This document shows positions 38,996 to 48,342 of a stretch of 64,000 nucleotides of DNA, piece by piece (within the stretch, counting starts at the first letter, position 1; each line of letters opens with the position of its first letter). The notes beneath the pieces are model-generated. The model was given only the letters and a program-made list of their open reading frames with translations. It did no database searches and was not told the origin of the DNA. The DNA is from an uncultured Gemmatimonadaceae bacterium (GTDB lineage: Bacteria; Gemmatimonadota; Gemmatimonadetes; Gemmatimonadales; Gemmatimonadaceae): the NCBI GenBank assembly GCA_963751275.1, contig CAVVTZ010000010.1:1-64000 (forward strand), given 5' to 3'. Made by a program: the position numbers and the translations under genes.

Positions 38996-40049
38996 ATGCT
39001 GGTCGTGATGAAAACCGGGGCGAAGCCGGCGGAGATCGAAGCCGTCGTTCGCGTGATCGAGGAGATGGGCTACGAGGCGCGCCCGATGCCGGGCGCGCAA
39101 CGCACCGCGGTGGGACTCGTCGGCAACGACGGCCGCGTGGACGCGTCGCGCATCGAAGCGCTGTCGGGGGTGGCGCAGGTCATCCACGTCACGCAGCCCT
39201 ACAAGCAGGTGTCGCGCGAGTGGAAGGCCGAGAGCACGATCGTCACGATCGGCGGCACGGTGCACGTGGGCGGCACGGAAGTGCCGATCATCGCCGGCCC
39301 GTGCTCGGTGGAGAGCGAGGAGCAGATCGTGACCGCGGCGCGCGATGGTGCGCGCGGCGGGCGCGGCGGCGCTGCGCGGCGGTGCGTTCAAGCCGCGGAG
39401 CTCGCCATACTCATTCCAGGGACTCGGCAAGAAGGGGCTGGAATTGCTGGCGCTGGCGCGGCAGGAGACGGGCCTCGCCATCGTGACCGAAGCGATGGAC
39501 GAAGAGGGCGCGGAGCTGGTGGCCGAGTACGCGGACTGCATCCAGATCGGCGCGCGGAACATGCAGAACTATTCGCTGCTCAAGTTCTGCGGCACGTTGA
39601 ACAAGCCCGTGCTGCTGAAGCGCGGCCTTGCGGCCACGATCCAGGAGCTGCTGCTGAGCGCGGAGTACGTGCTGGCGAGCGGGAATCCGAATGTGATCCT
39701 GTGCGAGCGCGGCGTGCGCACCTTCGACAACGTGGCGCGCAATATGTTCGACCTCACGGCGATCCCGATCGTGCAGCAGCTGTCGCACCTGCCGATCATC
39801 GCCGATCCGAGCCATGGCACGGGGATCCGCGACAAGGTGATCCCGATGGCGCGCGCGGCGGTCGCCGCGGGGGCGAACGGCGTGATGGTGGAGGTGCATC
39901 CGAATCCCGAGCGGGCGCTGTCGGACGGCGCGCAGTCGCTCTATCCGGAGCAGTTCGCGCAGCTGGTGGGCGAGCTGCGGTTGATCGCCGCGGCGATCGG
40001 GCGGACGATCACGCCGGCGCCGGCGCTCGCGGCGGCGGGCGCCCGATGA
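38996..40049 (+). CDS. aroF: 3-deoxy-7-phosphoheptulonate (DAHP) synthase, type I-beta with N-terminal regulatory domain (frameshift near 39340)
   Basis: [55 protein letters not shown]. Confidence 0.92.
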
Positions 40050-40711
40050 ACCGCGCCGTCGCCGGCGCGGCATTCGCGCTGGCGGCGCTCGTGGGGGCGA
40101 GTGGCGCGCAGTCGGCCACGGCCACGCTCGAGCGCGCGGCCGCCGTCTATGCGAAGATGCGAACGGCCAAAGTGAGCTTCACGCAAACGGTGGACAACCC
40201 GCTCACCGGCCACGGCGTCGATTCCAAGGGCGAGATGCTGCAGCGGCTGCCGGGACGCTACGCGGTGAGCTTCACGCAGCCGGCCGGCGACCGCATCGTG
40301 TCCGACGGCAAGGCGGTGTGGATCTACCTGCCGAGCACGAATCCCGGCCAGGTGATCCGCATGACCGTGGGCGAGGGGGGCGCGAAGATCCCCGATTTCA
40401 CGACGTGGCTGGTGGATTCACCCACCCAGCGTTTCGTCATCACCGACGGCGGCACGGCGGTGATCGGCGGCCATGCGACGCACATCGTGGGCCTCACGCC
40501 GCGCGGCCGCAACGCGCCCTTCGCCTTCGCGAGACTCTGGATCGACGACGCCGACGCGATCGTGCGCCAGTTCGAGACCAAGGATGCGAACGGCAGCATG
40601 CGCCGCGTGCGGATCGATGCGATCCAGATGAATGTGCCGGTGAGCGACGGGAATTTCATCTTCACGCCGCCGGCGGGCGTGAAGGTGTACGACCAAGGCG
40701 CGGCGAACTAG
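40046..40711 (+). CDS. lolA: Outer membrane lipoprotein carrier LolA family protein
   Basis: Signal peptide; [30 protein letters not shown]. Confidence 0.8.
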   Translation: MNRAVAGAAFALAALVGASGAQSATATLERAAAVYAKMRTAKVSFTQTVDNPLTGHGVDSKGEMLQRLPGRYAVSFTQPAGDRIVSDGKAVWIYLPSTNPGQVIRMTVGEGGAKIPDFTTWLVDSPTQRFVITDGGTAVIGGHATHIVGLTPRGRNAPFAFARLWIDDADAIVRQFETKDANGSMRRVRIDAIQMNVPVSDGNFIFTPPAGVKVYDQGAAN

Positions 40712-40717
40712 ACACTT

Positions 40718-40885
40718 CTGACGGCGAGAGTGACGACGCTGACGGCGAGGGTGACGACGCTGACGGCGCCTGTGATCGTTGACGTGTGGCAACGGCCGCG
40801 GCGTGCGTAGTTGCTACACGTCAACGATCACAGGCGCCCCCAGCGGTGTCACCCTCGCCGTCAGCGGTGTTACTCTCGCCGTCAG
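40718..40885. repeat. 168-nt imperfect palindrome with 21-nt tandem units between convergent genes
   Basis: 76-nt arms match ungapped at 68/76, 16-nt loop; unit CTGACGGCGAG(A/G)GTGACGACG repeated on the left arm and mirrored on the right. Confidence 0.93.
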
Positions 40886-40888
40886 CCG

Positions 40889-41737
40889 TCAGCTCGTGCC
40901 CCTGAGCACCGCCGTGATCTCCGCGAGCTTGGCGGGATCGGTGCCCGCCTTCCTCGCGAGGTCCACCGCCGCGAGCGACAGCGCGCGATAGAGCGCGAGC
41001 AGCTCCGGCGTCGCCGCGAGCGCGGCCAAATGCCGCCGCACGGTCTCGGCATCGCCACGCACGATCGGCCCGGTGAGCGCCTGCGCGCTCGGCTTCGCGC
41101 GCACGTTGTCCGCGCCAGCGGAGAAGAGCGGCATGAGCGCGGCGCGCGCATCGTCCGCGCCGATCCCGATCTGCGCGAAGAGCGCTTCGCCGCTCGCCAT
41201 CAGCAGCGCCGGGAAGTTCGACGCGAACACCGCGGCCGCGTGGTACCGCACCTTCTCGCCCGCGGGGATCTCGAGCGTCCGCGATCCCAGCGCCGCCGCG
41301 AGCGACTGCGCCGCTTCTCGCGCGCGCGCGTCGCCATCCAGGCCGAACCACGCTCTCCCGATGCTCGTCGCGGCGCGCGCCGGATCCGTGAACGCGAGCA
41401 GCGGGTGCATCGTGCCGCATGGGTGGCCCTGCGCGCGCAACGCGGCGAGCGCCAGGGGATCGGCGCTGCCGCTCGCGTGCAGCACCACCGCGCCCGGCGC
41501 CAGCGACGCGCTCACGAGCGAGGTCAGCACCTCTTCCAGCTGCGGATCGCGCACGGTGACGAGCACCACGGTGGCGCGCGCGATCGAGACGGGCAGCGGT
41601 CCCGCGGTGATCGCGTCGGGCCCACTCTGCGGCTTCCGGCCGTGCAGTCCGACCACATCCACCCCCGCCGCCTTCCACGCGCGCGCGAGCGCGGTGCCGA
41701 CGCGGCCCGCGCCCAGCACGAACACGCGCTCACTCAC
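40889..41737 (-). CDS. Rossmann-like / DUF2520 oxidoreductase
   Basis: VLGAGRVG, HASGS, MHPL, YHAAAVFASNF, LTGPIVRGD..TVRRHL. Confidence 0.88.
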   Translation of the reverse strand: MSERVFVLGAGRVGTALARAWKAAGVDVVGLHGRKPQSGPDAITAGPLPVSIARATVVLVTVRDPQLEEVLTSLVSASLAPGAVVLHASGSADPLALAALRAQGHPCGTMHPLLAFTDPARAATSIGRAWFGLDGDARAREAAQSLAAALGSRTLEIPAGEKVRYHAAAVFASNFPALLMASGEALFAQIGIGADDARAALMPLFSAGADNVRAKPSAQALTGPIVRGDAETVRRHLAALAATPELLALYRALSLAAVDLARKAGTDPAKLAEITAVLRGTS

Positions 41738-43350
41738 GGCGCCGCCGGAACGTCTTCGTGTCTCGCCGCCCGCTGCTCGGCCGCGCGCGTGAGCAGGTCC
41801 TTCTCGCTCTGCGCGCCCGCGGCGAGCGCGAGCGCCTGCGTCACCACGCGGTCGTCGTCGAGCCGCTTGCGCCACGCCGCCTCGGCGCCGAGCGCATCGC
41901 GCGCGATCTCATCGCCCAGCATGCGGGAGATGGCCGCGGCCGCGGCATCGTATTGCGCGCGGCTCAGGTGCACCCCCTTCGCCTGCGCGCGCCGGAACAG
42001 ATCGTCGCGCATCGCCGGCGTGATCGTGATCGCCGTGCCGCGCACCGCGCCGTCGCCGCGCGCCTGCGTCGCAACGTCCACCATCGCGTCGCGGAGCTTG
42101 GGCAGGTCGCGCCCCAGTTCGCGGATCAGCGCGAGCGTGCCGTCCGCGGAATCCTGCGGCGTCACGATGATGTCGGGGGTGATCCCGCCGCCGCCGTACA
42201 CCGTGCGTCCGGCGTCGGTGCGATACGGCTTCCGCTGCGAGAGCGGGCGCTCGCGCAGCGTGTCGGTGTCCGTGGCGTCGCCCGGCTCAGGGTGCGGCCG
42301 CTGGATGCTGCGCCCGCTCGGCGTGAACCAGAGCGCCGTCGTGAGCCGCAGCGCGTGCTGCTCGCCCTCGAGATCGAAGATCGACTGCGCGCTCCCCTTC
42401 CCGTACGTGGTCGAGCCCATCACCACCGCGCGGTCGTGGTCCTGCAGCGCCCCGGCGACGATCTCCGACGCGCTGGCGCTCCCCTCGTCCACCAGCACGA
42501 TCACCAGCAGGCCGGGCCAGAGCTGCGGATGCTCATCGCTGATCGTGACCGTGCTCGCCGGCGTGCGGCCGCGCAGCGACACCACCGCCTGCCCCTCGTC
42601 CAGGAACTCATCGCTCACGCCGACGCCCTGCACGAGCAGCCCGCCGGGGTCGCCCCGCAGGTCGAGCAGGATCGTGCGCGCGCCCGCAGAGCGCAGCCGC
42701 TCCACCGCGCGGCGCAATTCCACCGCGCTCGAGTCCGCGAACACCGCGAGCTGCACGTAGCCCGCGTCGCCCGTGAGCATCATCGCGTGGCGCACCGGGT
42801 TCAGATGGATCGCCGCGCGCGTGACGACGATCGGGATGTGTCCGGCGACGCCCGGCCGCTCCACGAGCAGCGTGACCTTGGTGCCCGGCGCGCCGCGTAG
42901 TCCGGCGCGCGCCGAGTCGGCGAGCCGCGCGCTCACCACCTTTCCATCGATCTCGAGGATCCGGTCGCCGGCGCGCAAGCCCGCGATCTCCGCGGGCGAG
43001 CCCGCCAGCGGCGCGATCACGCTCAGCCAGCCATCACGCACATCGATCTGCACGCCGAGCCCATCGTACTGGCCCGCGGTGGTCTCGGTCAGCCGCTTGA
43101 AGAGGCGCTCATCGAGGAGCGACGAGTTGGGATCGTGCAGCTCCGCGACCATCCCGGTGGCCGCCTTGGCGTAGAGGTCCGCCGGATCGAGGGAGTCCAC
43201 GTAGTTGTCCTCGACGTGCGCGAGCACCTGGTCGAAGAGCGTCGCGCGCGCGACACCGCCGCCGGCCAGCGAACCGCGCAGCAGCTGGCCGCCGGCGAAC
43301 ATCACGACGGCGAAGAGCGCCAAGGCCGTGAGGGTGCGGCCGCGGGTCAT
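41734..43350 (-). CDS. S41 family C-terminal processing peptidase (PDZ)
   Basis: LHDPNS, GLGVQI PDZ, DLRGDPGG, SASASEIVAGALQDHDR, TYGKGSAQ. Confidence 0.92.
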   Translation of the reverse strand: MTRGRTLTALALFAVVMFAGGQLLRGSLAGGGVARATLFDQVLAHVEDNYVDSLDPADLYAKAATGMVAELHDPNSSLLDERLFKRLTETTAGQYDGLGVQIDVRDGWLSVIAPLAGSPAEIAGLRAGDRILEIDGKVVSARLADSARAGLRGAPGTKVTLLVERPGVAGHIPIVVTRAAIHLNPVRHAMMLTGDAGYVQLAVFADSSAVELRRAVERLRSAGARTILLDLRGDPGGLLVQGVGVSDEFLDEGQAVVSLRGRTPASTVTISDEHPQLWPGLLVIVLVDEGSASASEIVAGALQDHDRAVVMGSTTYGKGSAQSIFDLEGEQHALRLTTALWFTPSGRSIQRPHPEPGDATDTDTLRERPLSQRKPYRTDAGRTVYGGGGITPDIIVTPQDSADGTLALIRELGRDLPKLRDAMVDVATQARGDGAVRGTAITITPAMRDDLFRRAQAKGVHLSRAQYDAAAAAISRMLGDEIARDALGAEAAWRKRLDDDRVVTQALALAAGAQSEKDLLTRAAEQRAARHEDVPAAP

Positions 43351-44018
43351 TGGGCGGCCTCGAACGATGAGGGCCAGCGCGCCGAGAGCGCCGCGAGCAC
43401 GCGGTCGAACACGGCACTCTCGTCGCCCGAGCCGTCGATCGCGACGATCGGGCCGCACTCCGGATGCGCGGCCTGCCACTCGGCGCCGGCGAAGAGCGTG
43501 AACGCCGCCGCCACGCGCTCGTGGAAGTCGGCGCCGGCCCGCTCGATCTTGTCGGCGTGGCCGCGCGCCGTGGCGCGCGCGTCGCGCACCGCGGCGTCGA
43601 GCGTGAACACCAGCGTCACATCGGGCACGAGGCCGCCCGTGGCGAGCGCATTCGCGGTGCGCACCGGCTCGAACGGCAGGCCGCGGCCGTGCACCTGGTA
43701 CGCGTATGTCGAGAGGAAGAAGCGGTCCGCGAGCACGAACTCGCCGCGGTCGAGCGCGGGCCGGATCACGCGTTCCACCAGCTCCGCGCGCGACGCCATG
43801 AACAGCATCGCCTCGGCGCGCGGCGTGAGATCGGCGTGCTTGGGATCCAGGAGCCAGCGGCGGATGTCGTCGCCGAGCGCCGTGCCGCCGGGCTCGCGCA
43901 CCGCGGTGTGGGCCACGCGGTTGCGCGCGAGCCACGCGGTGAGGCGCGCGAGTTGGGTGGTCTTGCCCGCCCCCTCCGGCGCCTCGAACACGATGAGCCG
44001 CCCGGGCGTGTTGCTCAC
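43347..44018 (-). CDS. tmk: Thymidylate kinase
   Basis: FEAPEGAGKTTQ, REPGGT, ADRFFLSTYAYQ. Confidence 0.95.
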   Translation of the reverse strand: MSNTPGRLIVFEAPEGAGKTTQLARLTAWLARNRVAHTAVREPGGTALGDDIRRWLLDPKHADLTPRAEAMLFMASRAELVERVIRPALDRGEFVLADRFFLSTYAYQVHGRGLPFEPVRTANALATGGLVPDVTLVFTLDAAVRDARATARGHADKIERAGADFHERVAAAFTLFAGAEWQAAHPECGPIVAIDGSGDESAVFDRVLAALSARWPSSFEAAQ

Positions 44019-44368
44019 CCCAGCGTGATGATCGGGCTCGCCGCGCCGCGTCGGATCCCGTCCAGGATCCACTCGTTCACGCGCGCCATGAGCTTGTCGA
44101 AGTTCTCCTGCGCCACCATCACGGCCTGGTACACGGGGCTGCCCTGCACCTTGAGGAGCAGCTCGTCCAGCTGCTGCTCCATCGCCTCGGTGGGCTGCTC
44201 GCCGCGCTCGATCATCGCCTGCGCGTCCCGGCGGATCTGCTCCATCTGCTTCAAGACGGCCACGGCATCGGTGTTCGCCGTGAGCGCTTCGTTCGCGCGC
44301 TTCACCGCCTGGTATTCGCTGCTCTGGCCGATCAGCCGGCCGATCTCCTTCGCACGGTCCTCGAGCAC
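44015..44368 (-). CDS. YlbF/YmcA (Com_YlbF) family protein
   Basis: AKEIGRLIGQSSEYQ...AQENFDKLMARVNEWI helical pattern. Confidence 0.75.
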   Translation of the reverse strand: MLEDRAKEIGRLIGQSSEYQAVKRANEALTANTDAVAVLKQMEQIRRDAQAMIERGEQPTEAMEQQLDELLLKVQGSPVYQAVMVAQENFDKLMARVNEWILDGIRRGAASPIITLG

Positions 44369-44369
44369 G

Positions 44370-45255
44370 TCACTCCTCTCCTCGTCTCGCCAGCAGGAAG
44401 CGTTCCCGTCCCGCGAGATCGAGTCTCACGGACACGTCGCGGTAATGGCCGTCGGCGAGGGCGAGCTCCGCCGCCAGCGATGCGCGCCGGCTGTCGACTT
44501 CGAGCGCCAGCAGGCCGCCCGCCTCGAGCACCGTGTGCGCCCCGTGAATGATACACGCGATGTCGCGCATTCCGGAGTCCTCGGCGAAGAGCGCCACCGG
44601 CGGCTCCCAGTCGCGCACCGACGCGGGCAGCGCGCCCGCTTCGCCGCTGCGCAATGTAGGGCGGATTGGACGCCACCGCGCGCGCGCGCACGCCGGCGAG
44701 CGGCGCGAGCCATTCACCCGCGCGGAATTCCACCGGGCAATTCAACATCGGCGCGCAGGCCGCGGCGTTCGCGCGGGCCACGGCGAGCGCGCCATTGCTA
44801 ATGTCGGTCGCGATCACGCGCGCGAACCGGCCCTCCTGCGCCAGCGCGAGCGCGATCGCCCCGCTGCCGGTGCCGAGGTCCACCGCCGTGCCGCCGGATT
44901 CGTCCGTCATCTCATCCAGTACGCGTTGGACCAGTTCCTCGGTTTCGACGCGAGGGATCAGCACGCGCTCATCGACGGCGAGCGTGAGGTGCCGGAAGGC
45001 GGCGCGGCCCACCGCATAGGCGAAGGGCGCACCGTTCGCCCGGCGCGCGGCGGCGGCGCGCATGGCGGCGGCGTGGTCGGCGCTCACCGACTCGCCCGCG
45101 TGCGACGCGGCCCAGAATCGCGGCGCATCGAGCAGCGCAGCCACGATGTCCGCGGCCTCGCGCTTCGCCTCGGGAATGCGCGCGGCCGTCAGGACGGCGG
45201 CGAGTTCCTCCACCAGTGGCGATACCGCGGCGCCGCTCGCGTCAGTCGGCGCCAC
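44370..45255 (-). CDS. prmC: Release factor glutamine methyltransferase (frameshift near 44655)
   Basis: VLIPRVETEEL, DLGTGSGAI, SNPPYI; EPPVALF and DLAGRER in the second frame. Confidence 0.92.
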
Positions 45256-46312
45256 CGAGCTTCTCCTCGACCTCGGCCATCGCGAGCGCCTCGATGAGCG
45301 GATCGAGCTCGCCCTCGAGCGTGCGCGACAACTCGTGGATCGTGAAATTGATCCGGTGGTCGGTGACGCGGTTCTGCGGAAAGTTGTAGGTGCGGATCTT
45401 GGCCGAGCGGTCGCCGGTGCCCACCTGCGTCTTCCGCATGCGCGAGCGCTCGGCCTCCTGCTCCGCGAGCCGCGCGTCGAGCAGGCGCGCGCGCAGCACT
45501 TCCATGGCCTTGAGCTTGTTCTGCAGCTGCGACTTCTGGTCCTGCTGGCTGACCACGAGGCCGGTGGGGATGTGCGTGATGCGCACCGCGCTGTCGGTGG
45601 TGTTCACGCTCTGGCCGCCGGGGCCGGACGAGCGGAAGACATCGATGCGAGGTCCTTCTGCTCGATCTTGATGTCGACCTCCTCGGCCTCGGGCAGCACG
45701 GCGACCGTGGCGGCCGAGGTGTGGATGCGCCCCTGCGCCTCGGTGGCGGGCACGCGCTGCACGCGGTGCACGCCGCTCTCGCGGCGGAGCCGGCCGAACG
45801 CGGCGTCGCCCTTCGACCTTGAAGATCGCTTCCTTGATCCCGCCCAGCGCGCCCTCGGAGCGTTGCAGCAACTCGACCTTCCAGCCCTGCCGCTCGGCGT
45901 AGCGCGTGTACATGCGCACGAGGTCGGCGGCGAAGAGTGCGGCTTCGTCGCCGCCGGTGCCGGCGCGGATCTCGAAGATGGCGGGGCGGTCGTCGAGCGG
46001 ATCGCGCGGCACAAGGAGCGGCGGCAGCTTCGCTTCGATCTCGGCGATCTCCGCGGAGAGGCGGTCGTTCTCGGCGCGCGCTTCGGCGGCCATGTCGGCG
46101 TCGGCGGCGGTGAGCAGCTCCGCCAGCTGCGCGCGCTCGCTCTCGGCGCGCGCGAGGCGGCCGGCGAGTTCGGCTATGGGGGTGAGGCGCCGGTGCTCCC
46201 GGCCGAGTTCGGCGATCCGGCCGGAGTCGCGGGGCCCGACCGGATTCGCCAGCTCGCGCTCGATCTCATCGAAGCGCGCGAGCGCCTGCGCGAGGAGATC
46301 GCGGAGGCTCAG
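45242..46312 (-). CDS. prfA: Peptide chain release factor 1 (apparent CTG start; two compensating frameshifts at about 45812 and 45650)
   Basis: [25 protein letters not shown] (PxT), [23 protein letters not shown]. Confidence 0.93.
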   Translation of the reverse strand: MSLRDLLAQALARFDEIERELANPVGPRDSGRIAELGREHRRLTPIAELAGRLARAESERAQLAELLTAADADMAAEARAENDRLSAEIAEIEAKLPPLLVPRDPLDDRPAIFEIRAGTGGDEAALFAADLVRMYTRYAERQGWKVELLQRSEGALGGIKEAIFKVEGRRRVRPAPPRERRAPRAARARHRGAGAHPHLGRHGRRAARGRGGRHQDRAEGPRIDVFRSSGPGGQSVNTTDSAVRITHIPTGLVVSQQDQKSQLQNKLKAMEVLRARLLDARLAEQEAERSRMRKTQVGTGDRSAKIRTYNFPQNRVTDHRINFTIHELSRTLEGELDPLIEALAMAEVEEKLGGAD

Positions 46313-46512
46313 CTCTCCCTACCGTACTTCTGACGGAAGCGTTCGACGCGACCCGCGGTGTCCATCAGCTTCTGCTTGCCGGTGTAGAACGGGTGGCAAT
46401 TCGAGCAGACGTCGGTATGGATCTCGCCCTGGGTCGAGCGGGTGGTGAACGTGTTGCCACAAGCGCACTTGACGACGGCGGTGGCGTAGGTGGGATGGAT
46501 TTCCTTCTTCAC
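46309..46512 (-). CDS. rpmE: 50S ribosomal protein L31 (zinc-binding type)
   Basis: [30 protein letters not shown] start. Confidence 0.96.
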   Translation of the reverse strand: MKKEIHPTYATAVVKCACGNTFTTRSTQGEIHTDVCSNCHPFYTGKQKLMDTAGRVERFRQKYGRES

Positions 46513-46545
46513 TTTGGGTTCCTCGAGGATTTCGGGTAGCCGCGT

Positions 46546-46575
46546 AATATACCGACTTTCTAGGCCCGAATTCAA
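46546..46575 (-). promoter_or_regulatory. Putative rpmE-prfA operon promoter
   Basis: Minus strand TTGAAT-N18-TATATT. Confidence 0.55.
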
Positions 46576-46965
46576 CCCCGAAGGCCGTGAGGCGTGAGGC
46601 GTGCGGCGAACGGATCGAACAGCGTGAGGCGCGACCCGAACGCCGTGAGGCGCACCCGAACGCCGTGAGGCGCGACCCGAACGCCGTGAGGCGCGACCCG
46701 AACGCCGTGAGGCGTGAGGCGTGCGGCGAAGGGATTGTACAGCGTGAGGCGCGCCCCGCTCACCGTGAGGCGTGAGGCGAGGAGTCACTCCGTCGCACGC
46801 CACTCGCCTCACGGGGTTCGGGGTGCGCCTCACGCCTTATGCAGGAGTTCCTCGCACGCCTCACGCCTCACGGGGTTCGGGGTGCGCCTCACGCCTTATA
46901 AGCAGGAGTTCCGTCGCACGCCTCACGCCTCACGGGGTTCGGGGTGCGCCTCACGGCCTTCGGGT
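46576..46965. repeat. About 390-bp palindromic array of GTGAGGC/GCCTCAC heptamers
   Basis: Left half: GTGAGGC heptamers and tandem GAACGCCGTGAGGCGCGACCC 21-mers. Right half: three ~57-nt units rich in GCCTCAC. Ends pair (CCCGAAGGCCGTGAGGCG / CGCCTCACGGCCTTCGGG). Confidence 0.93.
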
Positions 46966-46999
46966 CGCCACTTCCGCCCCTAAGGCGGCGTTTCGTTCT

Positions 47000-47028
47000 T
47001 TGACAGTGCAACCCGCCAGCCGTAAGTT
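47000..47028 (+). promoter_or_regulatory. Putative sigma70 promoter for the CsgG-like/CRP/HD-GYP cluster
   Basis: Perfect TTGACA-N17-TAAGTT. Confidence 0.65.
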
Positions 47029-47058
47029 GGCACGGCCTAATTAATCCTCATTTCCGCG

Positions 47059-48342
47059 ATGGTTCTCATGCGTATCCCCTCGTCGGCGTTCGCCGGGATC
47101 CTGGCTGCGGCCGGAGCCATCGGCTGTGCCGGGAAGCCCGCCCTCGAGCCGATCTCGCCCGCCTCGGCAGTGGAGCAGCTCGGCGCGGCGACGATCGCCT
47201 TTGCGGCCGATCCGGGGAACCCGAGCCTGCGCGTGGCCTACGGCCGTGCCCAGTACCTCTCCAACCAGGACGTGGCGGCACGCCGGACGCTGGAACCCCT
47301 GCTCGCGACCGGCGGTTCCACGGGAGCGGACGCGAACCTGTACGCCGGCGCCGCGGCGCAGCGGATGGGCAACCTGGCCGATGCGCGCGTCGACTATCTG
47401 CGCTACCTCTCGATCGCCGGGAAGAACCAGGATGTCGAAGCGCGGCTGGGCGATATCGCGCGCCAGGAGGCGATGCTGTCCGCGCAGCAGTCGATCAAGA
47501 ACGAGCAGCTTCTGAATCCCGCGACCTTCCCCGCGTCGGCGGTCGGCGTCTCGCCGCTGGTCGTGCCGCAGAGCGACACCACGCTCGCGCCGCTCGGCTA
47601 CGGCGTCGCGGACCTGCTCATCGCCGATCTCAGCATCAGCCCGCAGTTGCAGATCGTGGACCGCGTGCGCGTGGACGCCGTGCTCCGCGAGCTCGAACTC
47701 TCGAAGAGCGGCCGCACCGACACGACCTCGGCGCCGGCCCTGGGCAAGCTCGTCGGCGCGAGCCGCATGGTGAACGGCGAGATCCGCTCGGGCCTCAAGA
47801 ATCACATCACGATGGACGCCCAGGTCACGAGCGTGGAGCGCGGCGCCATCGTCGGGAAGCCGGTATCGGAGCAGACGGCGATGGTCGAGATCCTCGACGG
47901 CGAGAAGCGTCTCGCGCTGCAGCTGTTCGGTGAACTGGGCGTCACGCTCACGCCGGCGCAGATGCAGGCGGTGCGGAAGCGTCCCACGCGGTATCTCTCC
48001 GCCTTCCTCGCGTACTCGCGCGGCGCCGCCGCGGAGGCGCAATGGAATCTCGACGCGGCCGAGTCGTACTACGTAGGCGCGCTCTCGATCGATCCCGGAT
48101 TCATCCTGGCGCAGCAGCGCCTCGCGGCGGTGCGTTCGAGCAGCGGCCGGCCGCGCGCGCACGATCTGCCGATCGATCCGGACAACTGGAGCCAGAACAT
48201 CCTGGGCGGCGTCACGCAGGGGATCAATCCAAGTCCCGGCGACGTGGTCGGTTCGGCCGGCAACACGACGAACGCGCCGCTCGACGCCGCACTCACCGCG
48301 GCGTCGCAGGGCACGATCATCATCATCATCGGAACGCCCTAA
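47059..48342 (+). CDS. Lipoprotein with TPR and CsgG/HfaB-like domain
   Basis: AIGC lipobox; TPR helices; LGYGVADLLIADL...LQIVDRVRVDAVLRELEL...LGKLVGA. Confidence 0.75.
   Translation: MVLMRIPSSAFAGILAAAGAIGCAGKPALEPISPASAVEQLGAATIAFAADPGNPSLRVAYGRAQYLSNQDVAARRTLEPLLATGGSTGADANLYAGAAAQRMGNLADARVDYLRYLSIAGKNQDVEARLGDIARQEAMLSAQQSIKNEQLLNPATFPASAVGVSPLVVPQSDTTLAPLGYGVADLLIADLSISPQLQIVDRVRVDAVLRELELSKSGRTDTTSAPALGKLVGASRMVNGEIRSGLKNHITMDAQVTSVERGAIVGKPVSEQTAMVEILDGEKRLALQLFGELGVTLTPAQMQAVRKRPTRYLSAFLAYSRGAAAEAQWNLDAAESYYVGALSIDPGFILAQQRLAAVRSSSGRPRAHDLPIDPDNWSQNILGGVTQGINPSPGDVVGSAGNTTNAPLDAALTAASQGTIIIIIGTP

Noticed and set aside
34651..38997. Very long antisense and alternate-frame ORFs (1448 aa opposite smc; also 10763-13558, 844-2514 and the upstream part of 53688-57056)
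   Set aside because: Shadow ORFs expected at this GC content: Arg/Ala-rich, no motifs, and overlapping well-supported genes.
45600..45830. Programmed frameshift in the release factor gene, as in prfB
   Set aside because: The protein has the RF1 PxT motif (PAT), and the two shifts are mid-gene and compensating. There is no CTT-TGA site near the 5' end.
46576..46965. CRISPR array
   Set aside because: No unique spacers between repeats, the units are degenerate and inverted between halves, and there are no cas genes in the window.
46572..47044. Small repetitive ORFs across the heptamer array (and similar ones at 25603-25832 and 40779-40991)
   Set aside because: Translations simply mirror the DNA repeats in several frames; there is no RBS or coding signal.
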